A DNA stretch of 32,000 nt from Candidatus Karelsulcia muelleri. Lineage in GTDB: Bacteria; Bacteroidota; Bacteroidia; Flavobacteriales; Blattabacteriaceae. Of this stretch, positions 8,354 through 16,309 are shown piece after piece. A program made the translations under genes and the position numbers. The notes below the pieces were generated by a model. That model saw only the letters and a program-made list of their open reading frames with translations. It searched no databases and was not told the DNA's origin. How positions within the stretch are numbered: position 1 is the stretch's first letter; each line of letters begins with the position of its first letter. The stretch covers positions 241,707 through 273,706 of the forward strand of contig NZ_CP029011.1 of assembly GCF_003214255.1 (NCBI RefSeq). Reading direction: 5' to 3'.

Positions 8354-9415
8354 ATGTTTTTTTTAAAGTTTACAAAAAAGGAAAATTTAAGAGTATTAAA
8401 ATTAACAAATTACGAAGGACATTTTAAAATAGAACCGTTATATCCTGGTTGGGGAGTAACAATTGGAAATACACTTCGAAGAGTCCTTTTATCTTCTTTA
8501 GAAGGATATGCAATTTACTCAGTTAAAATTGAAGGAGTAGATCATGAATTTGCTACAATAAAAGGTGTAAAAGAAGATATGACAGAAATTATTTTAAATT
8601 TGAAAAAAATACGTTTTAAAAAAAAAATTGAAGATGAACAGGACCCGGGAGAAAAATTTAATATTATTATCAAGAATGAAAAAGAAGAAATAACGGCTGG
8701 AGATTTAGGGGAATATATTCATTTATTTGAAATAATAAATCCTGATTTAATTATTTTAAATAAAAATAAATTTATTTCTTTAAATATTACTATTGTAATA
8801 AAAAAAGGAATTGGTTATGTACCTTCAGATTCAGATTCAGATTCAGATTCAGATTCAGAAGAAAATGAAAAACACATTAATACTAATGGAACCATATCAA
8901 TGGATTCTATTTTTACTCCTATAAAAAAAGTAAAATACACAATTGAAAACTGTAGTGTAAGTAAAAATTCAACTTATGAAAGGCTTTTTTTCGAAATAAA
9001 AACAGATGGAACTATAAATCCTAAAGATGCATTAATAAAAGCATCTAATCTGGTAATAAGACATTTTAAATTATTATCTAATAAAAAAATTAGTTTAAAT
9101 TATAACAAAAAATATAAAAAGAAAAAACAAACTAATGAAAATTATTTAAAATTGCGGAATCTTTTGAATTCTTCCTTAGAAAGAAAAAATTTATCAGTAA
9201 GAACTTTAAATTGTTTAAAAAAGGCTAAAATTTTGACATGGGGAGATTTAATTAAGTCTAATCCAACTAATTTTAAATATTTGGGAAAAAAATCTTTAGA
9301 GGAGTTAGATTTAATAATGAAAAAATTAACCATTTATTATGGAATGAATCTTGAGGATTATAATAAAAATAAAAATAAAAATAAAAATAAAAATAAAAAT
9401 AAGAAAAATATATGA
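8354..9415 (+). CDS. rpoA: DNA-directed RNA polymerase subunit alpha
   Basis: NTD motifs [21 protein letters not shown] and [11 protein letters not shown] helix-hairpin-helix [20 protein letters not shown]. 353 aa. Position matches synteny. Confidence 0.95.
   Translation: MFFLKFTKKENLRVLKLTNYEGHFKIEPLYPGWGVTIGNTLRRVLLSSLEGYAIYSVKIEGVDHEFATIKGVKEDMTEIILNLKKIRFKKKIEDEQDPGEKFNIIIKNEKEEITAGDLGEYIHLFEIINPDLIILNKNKFISLNITIVIKKGIGYVPSDSDSDSDSDSEENEKHINTNGTISMDSIFTPIKKVKYTIENCSVSKNSTYERLFFEIKTDGTINPKDALIKASNLVIRHFKLLSNKKISLNYNKKYKKKKQTNENYLKLRNLLNSSLERKNLSVRTLNCLKKAKILTWGDLIKSNPTNFKYLGKKSLEELDLIMKKLTIYYGMNLEDYNKNKNKNKNKNKNKKNI
8825..8860 (+). repeat. In-frame hexanucleotide microsatellite (TCAGAT)5 + TCAGAA inside rpoA
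   Basis: Five perfect TCAGAT units and one TCAGAA unit, encoding [12 protein letters not shown] directly after the GYVP motif. Confidence 0.95.
9362..9403 (+). repeat. In-frame hexanucleotide microsatellite (AATAAA)6 + AATAAG forming the rpoA C-terminal tail
   Basis: It encodes [14 protein letters not shown], 4 codons before the TGA stop at 9413-9415. Confidence 0.95.
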
Positions 9416-9780
9416 AACACGGAAAAAAATTTAATCATTTAGGAGTAAAAAGTTCACATCGGAAATCAATGTTATCTAATTTAGCTTCTTCTCTTATAAA
9501 AAAAAAAAGAATTCTGACTACTTTAGCAAAAGCTAAAGCATTAAAAAAATATATTGAGCCTTTAATTACAAAAAGTAAAAAAAATACTACTCATTCTAGA
9601 AGAATAATTTTTAAATATTTAAAAAATAAACATTCTGTAAAAGAACTTTTTGAAAAAATATCATTAAAAATTTATAATCGTCCTGGAGGATATACAAGAA
9701 TTATAAAAACGGGATTTCGTTTAGGAGATTCTGCAGAATCTTCATTTATTGAATTAGTTGATTTTAATCAAAATTTTTAA
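9412..9780 (+). CDS. rplQ: 50S ribosomal protein bL17
   Basis: [25 protein letters not shown] and GGYTRI motifs. ATGA overlap with rpoA. Confidence 0.95.
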   Translation: MKHGKKFNHLGVKSSHRKSMLSNLASSLIKKKRILTTLAKAKALKKYIEPLITKSKKNTTHSRRIIFKYLKNKHSVKELFEKISLKIYNRPGGYTRIIKTGFRLGDSAESSFIELVDFNQNF

Positions 9781-10562
9781 TTTATTTTTATTACTCCTTT
9801 ATAAACAAAATTGACTTCTCCTTTTAAAAAAATTCTTTTATAAGATTGAAGAAGAGTATCAAACTTAACTTGTAAAAGTCCACCCCGGGTTTTTACTAAA
9901 ATTTTTTTAAAAAAAATTTTGTTTTTATGATATGCTGCAATTACAGAAGCTGTTACTCCTGTTCCACAGGAGAAAGTTTCATTTTCTACTCCTCTTTCAT
10001 ATGTTCTAACATAGAAAATATGTTTATTAATTTGAACAAAATTAACATTTACTCCTGTTTTTAAGTATTTTTTACTACTTTGTAGTTTTCTACCTTTTTT
10101 TTTTATATTTATATTTTCTATTTTTTTAATAAAAATAATATGATGTGGAGATCCTGTATTTAAAAATATATATTTTTTATCTACTTCTACTGTTAGAAAT
10201 TCTACATTTGTCATATTTATTGACACAATATTTTTATTTATTGTTGCATAATGATATCCATCTATTGTTTTAAATAATGTATTCTTCTTATGAAGAACAC
10301 CAATTTTTTTTGCAAAATGAACCGAACATCTTCCTCCATTTCCACACATACTTCCTTCCTTTCCATCTGAATTATAATATTTCATATAAAAATCATAATT
10401 TTTGATTTTTTCAATTAAAATTAATCCATCAGCACCAATTCCTAAATTTCTATTACACAATCTTTGTATTATTTTTTCTTTTAAAGAAAATTGTTTGCAA
10501 AGATTATTAATTATAATAAAATCATTTCCTGTTGCTTGATATTTAAAAAAAAAAATTTTCAT
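9777..10562 (-). CDS. dapF: Diaminopimelate epimerase
   Basis: 261 aa. Both catalytic-cysteine contexts are present: [16 protein letters not shown] and [14 protein letters not shown]. Confidence 0.93.
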   Translation of the reverse strand: MKIFFFKYQATGNDFIIINNLCKQFSLKEKIIQRLCNRNLGIGADGLILIEKIKNYDFYMKYYNSDGKEGSMCGNGGRCSVHFAKKIGVLHKKNTLFKTIDGYHYATINKNIVSINMTNVEFLTVEVDKKYIFLNTGSPHHIIFIKKIENINIKKKGRKLQSSKKYLKTGVNVNFVQINKHIFYVRTYERGVENETFSCGTGVTASVIAAYHKNKIFFKKILVKTRGGLLQVKFDTLLQSYKRIFLKGEVNFVYKGVIKIN

Positions 10563-10635
10563 ATTTTAACTTATATTATATATATATTATATTAAATAAA
10601 ATATTATTATTATATTAAATATAAATTATATTAAA

Positions 10636-11550
10636 ATGTCTGCATTTCATAATCCTGTCTTATTGGAAGAAACATTAGCTCTATTAGTTAAAGAAATTGA
10701 TGGAATTTATATAGACTCCACTTTTGGTGGGGGGGGGCATTCTTTTTCATTTTTAAAAAAAATAAGTAATAAAGGTAAGCTAATTGCTTTGGATCAAGAT
10801 ATAGATTCTATAAAGAATAATAATATCTTTGATGCAAGATTTAATCTTGTTAAAGATAATTTTAGATTTTTAAAAATCATTTTAAAAAAAAAAAATATTA
10901 ATTATGTATCGGGAATATTAGCAGATTTAGGAATTTCTTCTCATCAGATAAATACTCCCAACAGAGGGTTTTCAATTAGATATGATAGTCTTTTAGATAT
11001 GAGAATGGATCATTATAAAAAAAAAAATGCAAAATTTATAATAAATAATTATTCATATAAAAAATTATATAATATTTTAATTAAATATGGAGAAGTAAAA
11101 AATGCAAAAAAAATAGCAAACATTATTTTAAAACAAAGAAAAAAAAAAATTATAAACAAAACTTTTGAACTAAAAAATCTTTTAGCTTGTTTTTTTAAAA
11201 CAAAATTAAAAAATAAATTTTTCTCAAAAATATTTCAATCTCTTAGAATAGAAGTAAATGATGAAATCAATGCATTAAAAGATTTATTAAATAATTCATT
11301 ATCTATATTAAAACCTGGAGGGAGAATTGCAATTATTTCTTATCATTCTTTAGAAGATAGAATTGTAAAAAATTTTTTTAAAACTGGAAATTTTCATGGA
11401 GTAGGTCAATATGATTTATATGGCAATAATCTATCTCCTTTAATTCTTTTAGAACCTAGAGTAATTTTTACCTCTAAAAAAGAAAGAAAACAAAATAATA
11501 GATCAAGAAGTGCTAGATTAAGAATAGCAGAAAAAAAATTTAACTTATAA
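10636..11550 (+). CDS. rsmH: 16S rRNA (cytosine1402-N4)-methyltransferase
   Basis: AFHNPVLLEE, GGGGHS, LADLGISSHQI and SYHSLEDRIVK motifs. Confidence 0.95.
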   Translation: MSAFHNPVLLEETLALLVKEIDGIYIDSTFGGGGHSFSFLKKISNKGKLIALDQDIDSIKNNNIFDARFNLVKDNFRFLKIILKKKNINYVSGILADLGISSHQINTPNRGFSIRYDSLLDMRMDHYKKKNAKFIINNYSYKKLYNILIKYGEVKNAKKIANIILKQRKKKIINKTFELKNLLACFFKTKLKNKFFSKIFQSLRIEVNDEINALKDLLNNSLSILKPGGRIAIISYHSLEDRIVKNFFKTGNFHGVGQYDLYGNNLSPLILLEPRVIFTSKKERKQNNRSRSARLRIAEKKFNL

Positions 11551-11881
11551 AGTAGACTATAAGCCGGATTCTGTTTTTTTTATCATTTATCTGGGATAAA
11601 AGTTACCTTTTATCTCTATCTGCCTACCCCCCGAATTAATAGTGAAAGGGAATCCTACACTTTTTTAAATTCAAGTATCCGGTATACATGGCATTTCACA
11701 ACACAGAGTTTACACAATTTCACTACAGCCTTACTGTACTTTTTTTCTGTTGCACTATTCCTCATCTCACGATGGACGGGTATTACCCAATGTGTTACCC
11801 TAATGGTGTCCGGACTTTCCTCATTAAAAAAAGTTTTTTTATTTTATTTTCTTTTATTTGAACGCGATAAAATTGTCTACT
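11551..11881 (-). ncRNA. rnpB: RNase P RNA, bacterial type A (reduced, about 330 nt)
   Basis: The reverse complement contains the universally conserved blocks: AUGAGGAAAGUCCGGACAC (CR-I/P4), GGGUAAUACCC, AGUGCAACAGAAA (CR-II), GUAAACUC and ACAGAAUCCGGCUUAU (CR-V/P4). The ends pair as P1, 5' GUAGAC (11880-11875) with 3' GUCUAC (11557-11552). It is a locally GC-richer island in non-coding space. Confidence 0.9.
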
Positions 11882-11900
11882 TTTTTTTAAATTTTATTTT

Positions 11901-13280
11901 CTAATAATGAAAATTTATATTTAAATTATATAATTTCTTTTTAACAGAAGAAATTATTGATTTATCAATACAAAATATCGATCCTGTAATAAATTTGTTT
12001 GAATTTTTAATTAAAAAAAGTATGTTTTTCCAATTAGACTCTTCATATAGAAAAATTGTTATTACCGGTGAATAAATTTCCTCAAAAAAATAATAGGGAT
12101 TATTAGTTTCTATTACTGTTGGAGTAATAAAAAAACCTTTTGAACTATCACATTTTCCCCCAATAATAATATTACTCTTCTTATCAGAAGAAGATTTTTC
12201 TATATAAAGTTTTATTTTTAAAAAACTAATTTTATCAATTACAGATGTAATAAAATTTGAAAAATTTCTAGGACTTCCTATTTTCAGGGAAAGAATTTTT
12301 TCTATTAAAATTTTTTTTAATTTATTTTTCCATAATTTTTTTGGAATATAAGCTATAGATATAGAAGAACTTTTTTGGCCTTGATATTCAAAAGCTCCAG
12401 CTAAAATTGCTGTAGATACTTTTTTGCTATTATAACTAGAATGGACCAAAAGAAAATTTTTTCCTATTGTTTTCCCTAAAAACATAGGATATGTTTTATA
12501 TTTAAAAATATATTTTTTTATTTTATTTAAAATTATTTTATAATCCTTTATAGGACCTTTAAAAGTTACTCCCCCAAAATTTGTATGGGTTAATCCAACA
12601 TTTGTTATTTTTTTTATATTTATTAATAATAAATTAATTATTCCATCTGGAATACCAGCAATTTGAAAGATTTCCATTAAAACATTTGCTGTTAACAATT
12701 GCATTTCAGATGGTTTCCATAACACAACATTTCCCATAATTACAATCCAATATGGGATTTCTACAAAAGAAAAATTAAATTGTGTAATTGCAACAACAAA
12801 TCCTTTATAATTTAAAGGAATTAAATTTTTTTTTTTATATATTTTTTTTGCAAAATCTATATGATTTTTTAAATCATCTCTTAATTTGCAAGATGAATCT
12901 CTTTCAGATTGAAATATATTTTTCGATTGACCAATCATTGTAGCTGCATTAAGTTTATCTCTATATGGACCAGAAATTAAATCTACTACTTTTAAAAAGA
13001 TAGAAATTCTTTCTTTAAAAGAAAGATTTAACCAATCTTTTTGGACTGATAAAGAGTAATTAATTGCATTAATTATATCTTTTTCTGAGCCTTCATGCCA
13101 ATATCCTATAATTTTTTTATTATCATGTGGAGGATATATAGAATGTTTAATTCCACTAAAAAGTTTTTCATTTCCAATGAATTGAGGAATATCTATTTGA
13201 GAATTAAACATTTCATCATAAATTTTTTTTAACTCTATTATAGAAAAAATCTTCTTTTTATAATTATAAGAATGTTTCAT
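11901..13280 (-). CDS. pruA: L-glutamate gamma-semialdehyde (P5C) dehydrogenase-like aldehyde dehydrogenase, probably catalytically inactive and C-terminally truncated
   Basis: Family-typical stretches are present: IPQFIGNEK, PPHD..IIGYWHEG, SGPYRDKLNAATMIGQSKN..QSE.D, VLWKPS, GIPDGIINL and AFEYQGQK. The catalytic motifs are altered, as described in the findings. 459 aa versus roughly 540 expected. Confidence 0.75.
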   Translation of the reverse strand: MKHSYNYKKKIFSIIELKKIYDEMFNSQIDIPQFIGNEKLFSGIKHSIYPPHDNKKIIGYWHEGSEKDIINAINYSLSVQKDWLNLSFKERISIFLKVVDLISGPYRDKLNAATMIGQSKNIFQSERDSSCKLRDDLKNHIDFAKKIYKKKNLIPLNYKGFVVAITQFNFSFVEIPYWIVIMGNVVLWKPSEMQLLTANVLMEIFQIAGIPDGIINLLLINIKKITNVGLTHTNFGGVTFKGPIKDYKIILNKIKKYIFKYKTYPMFLGKTIGKNFLLVHSSYNSKKVSTAILAGAFEYQGQKSSSISIAYIPKKLWKNKLKKILIEKILSLKIGSPRNFSNFITSVIDKISFLKIKLYIEKSSSDKKSNIIIGGKCDSSKGFFITPTVIETNNPYYFFEEIYSPVITIFLYEESNWKNILFLIKNSNKFITGSIFCIDKSIISSVKKKLYNLNINFHY

Positions 13281-14917
13281 TTAATGAATAATTTTTTCAT
13301 TTTTTCTTTAGAAACATTCAAAAGAATTTTTTCCCCAAAAGGAGAATAATAAGGATTGTTAGAAACAAATAATTTTTTTATTAATCCTTTTATTTCTAAA
13401 TTAGAAATTTTTTTTCCCTTTTTTAGAGCAAAATATTTACATATATATTTATATATAATATTTTTTTTATTCATCATTTTTTCATTTTCAAAAATTTTTT
13501 CTATAATCTTAGTTAGATTAGTTTTTTTTATTCCAAGAGAGAAAGATTGTACTAATATTTTTTTTTTTAAAACAAAAATTTTAAATCCTAAATAATTTAA
13601 TTTAGATAATATTTTTTTTAAAAAAGATTTTTTATCTATTTTTAGATTTTTAGATTTTTTTTTATAAAAAAAATCATATAAAATTCTTTGATGAGCACGA
13701 TTTTGATCTACTAATAAAAGTCCAGATTTTATTACCCCTAATAAATAGCTATTATAAATTTGAATCCATTTATATAAGTGTATTTTGGTTTCATTTTTAT
13801 AAAATGATTGGTTTTTAAACAAATTTTTAATTTGTTTATATTTTTTGTTAAAAACCTTTAAATCACTTTTTTCTGTTAACGGAAAAAAATATTTATTATT
13901 ATAATAATAATTATAAATATTATTGATTCCTAAAGATTCTTTAATAGTCGAACTAATATTATTACATAACTCAATTTCATATTCATAATCATAAAAAAAA
14001 TTTACTTTTGTTTTAGAAGGATTAATATTAATATTAAATTTATTATAATCCATACTTAAAAAGATAAAATAAGAAGGATTTTCTTTTTTATTTAAAATTC
14101 CTTCATAAGAAGCTATTATAGCATTATGTATATTTTTATTTGTTATATAACGTTTATTTAAAAATAAATATTGTCCTAACTTTTTATTATAGTTAGGGTG
14201 GGTTATATAACCTTTTATTTTTACTAACTTAGTAGTTTTTTTTATTTTAATTAATTTGTTTTTTAATTTTTCACCATAGATTTGAATTATCCGTTCTTTA
14301 TAAGAAGATTTATTTAAATTAAATAATAATTTTTTATTATTTTCTAAATAAAAATTAATTTCTTTATGACTTAAAACAATTTTATAAAATTCATTAATAA
14401 TGTTTTTTAATTCTAAATTAGATGATTTTAAATTTTTTCTTTTAGCAGGAATATTATAAAATATATTTTTTATACAAATGCTACATCCTTTATTCATTGC
14501 AATTGGTAATGGTTTATATTTTAATTCTCCATTTTCTATAATAAGCCTTATTCCTAAATCTGAAGTTTTCTCTCTTGTCTCAAGTTCAATCTGTGTTACC
14601 GAAGAGATATAAGATAAAGCTTCCCCTCTAAAGCCTTTAGTTGAAATCTTCAAAAGATCTTCTATTTTAGTTAATTTGGAAGTTGAATATCTCTCAAAAC
14701 TTTTAATAGCATCATTTTGACTCATTCCTATTCCATCATCTATAATATGTATTCTATTTTTTCCTCCATTTGTTAAAATGATTTTAATATTTTTTGCATC
14801 TGCATCTATAGAATTTTCTAAAATTTCTTTTAAAATTGAGGCTGGATTCTGGATTACATCTCCAGATGCTATTTGATTTGATACATTTTTTGATAATAAT
14901 TTTATTACATCAGTCAT
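13277..14917 (-). CDS. mutL: DNA mismatch repair protein MutL
   Basis: GHKL ATPase motifs are present: NQIASGDVIQNPASILKEILENSIDA, DDGIGM and GFRGEAL. The C-terminal dimerisation region carries VDQNRAHQRILYD. 546 aa. Confidence 0.92.
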   Translation of the reverse strand: MTDVIKLLSKNVSNQIASGDVIQNPASILKEILENSIDADAKNIKIILTNGGKNRIHIIDDGIGMSQNDAIKSFERYSTSKLTKIEDLLKISTKGFRGEALSYISSVTQIELETREKTSDLGIRLIIENGELKYKPLPIAMNKGCSICIKNIFYNIPAKRKNLKSSNLELKNIINEFYKIVLSHKEINFYLENNKKLLFNLNKSSYKERIIQIYGEKLKNKLIKIKKTTKLVKIKGYITHPNYNKKLGQYLFLNKRYITNKNIHNAIIASYEGILNKKENPSYFIFLSMDYNKFNININPSKTKVNFFYDYEYEIELCNNISSTIKESLGINNIYNYYYNNKYFFPLTEKSDLKVFNKKYKQIKNLFKNQSFYKNETKIHLYKWIQIYNSYLLGVIKSGLLLVDQNRAHQRILYDFFYKKKSKNLKIDKKSFLKKILSKLNYLGFKIFVLKKKILVQSFSLGIKKTNLTKIIEKIFENEKMMNKKNIIYKYICKYFALKKGKKISNLEIKGLIKKLFVSNNPYYSPFGEKILLNVSKEKMKKLFIK

Positions 14918-14964
14918 TTGATGACAAATTTCTTATAATATATATATATTTTTATTTAAAAATT

Positions 14965-16299
14965 GTGAAACTCTGGCAAAAAAATTTTGAAATTAATAAA
15001 AAAATAGATCTATTTACAGTAGGAAAAGATAGAAATTTAGATTTATTTTTAGCACCTCATGATATTATCGGCACATTAGCACATATAATAATGTTAGAAA
15101 CAATAGGTTTATTAAACATTAACGAATTAAATTCTTTAATAAAAGAATTACATAGTATTTATGAAATAATAAAATCAGGAAAATTTAAAATAGATGAAAA
15201 TATAGAAGATATCCATTCTCAAATAGAATTCATGTTAACTAACAGTTTAGGAGAACTAGGAAAAAAAATCCATAGTGGGAGATCTAGAAATGATCAAGTT
15301 TTATTAGATATAAAATTATTTATACGAAAAGAAATACAAGAAATAGTGTTTTTAATTCAAGATTTATTCAATGTTTTAATTTATTTAAGTAATCGATATA
15401 AAAATATTTTAATTCCTGGTTATACACATTATCAAATAGCTATGCCTTCATCATTTGGATTATGGTTTGCATCTTATTCAGAAAGTCTTATAGATGATAT
15501 AATTTTCTTAAAAAGTGCATATAAAATTTCGAATAAAAATCCTTTAGGTTCAGCAGCTGGATTTGGCTCCTCTTTTCCATTAAATAGAAACCTGACAACG
15601 GATCTTTTAGGATTTGAAGATTTAAATTATAATGTTGTCTATGCACAAATGTGTAGAGGAAAAACCGAACGTATAGTTTCACAAGCTCTTTCATCATTAG
15701 CTCATACTATGAGTAAAATTTCTCAAGATATCTGTTTATATATGAGTCAAAATTTTAATTTTTTATCTTTACCTGATAATTTAACTACAGGATCTAGTAT
15801 AATGCCACACAAAAAAAATCCAGATGTATTTGAATTAATAAGGTCTAGATGTAATAAAATTATTTCTTTACCTAATCAAATCTCAATTATTACAACGAAT
15901 CTCCCTTCAGGATATCATCGAGATTTTCAAACTATTAAAGAAATTTTTTTACCAGTATTTGAGGAAATAAAAACCATATTATTAATTTATGTAGAAATGC
16001 TGAAAAAGCTTATTATAAAGAAAAATATTTTAAATAATAAAAAATATAACTATTTGTTTAGTGTAGAAGTAGTTAATTCTTTAGTTAAAGATGGTTTTTC
16101 ATTTAGAGAAGCATATAAAAAAGTTGGGTTAGATATCCAAAAAGGATTTTTTTCCCCAATTACTGATATAAAACATTCCCATGAAGGGAGTATAGGTAAT
16201 TTATGTAATAACAAACTTAAATTTATAATGAAAAAATTAATTCAAAGTTTTCACTTTGAAAAAGTGAATAAAGCCATTAATAATTTATTAATGAAATGA
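14965..16299 (+). CDS. argH: Argininosuccinate lyase
   Basis: Homology starts at (V)KLWQKNF, where the canonical start is MKLWGGRF. The signature GSSIMPHKKNPD is present. The start is called at GTG 14965 because the longer TTG-initiated ORF (14836) runs into the mutL coding region. Confidence 0.92.
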   Translation: MKLWQKNFEINKKIDLFTVGKDRNLDLFLAPHDIIGTLAHIIMLETIGLLNINELNSLIKELHSIYEIIKSGKFKIDENIEDIHSQIEFMLTNSLGELGKKIHSGRSRNDQVLLDIKLFIRKEIQEIVFLIQDLFNVLIYLSNRYKNILIPGYTHYQIAMPSSFGLWFASYSESLIDDIIFLKSAYKISNKNPLGSAAGFGSSFPLNRNLTTDLLGFEDLNYNVVYAQMCRGKTERIVSQALSSLAHTMSKISQDICLYMSQNFNFLSLPDNLTTGSSIMPHKKNPDVFELIRSRCNKIISLPNQISIITTNLPSGYHRDFQTIKEIFLPVFEEIKTILLIYVEMLKKLIIKKNILNNKKYNYLFSVEVVNSLVKDGFSFREAYKKVGLDIQKGFFSPITDIKHSHEGSIGNLCNNKLKFIMKKLIQSFHFEKVNKAINNLLMK

Positions 16300-16309
16300 T
16301 AATCTCATT

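Noticed and set aside
14836-14964. An N-terminal 43-residue extension of argH starting at TTG 14836.
   Set aside because: It overlaps the 5' coding region of mutL on the other strand and shows no ArgH similarity. Homology begins exactly at the GTG at 14965.
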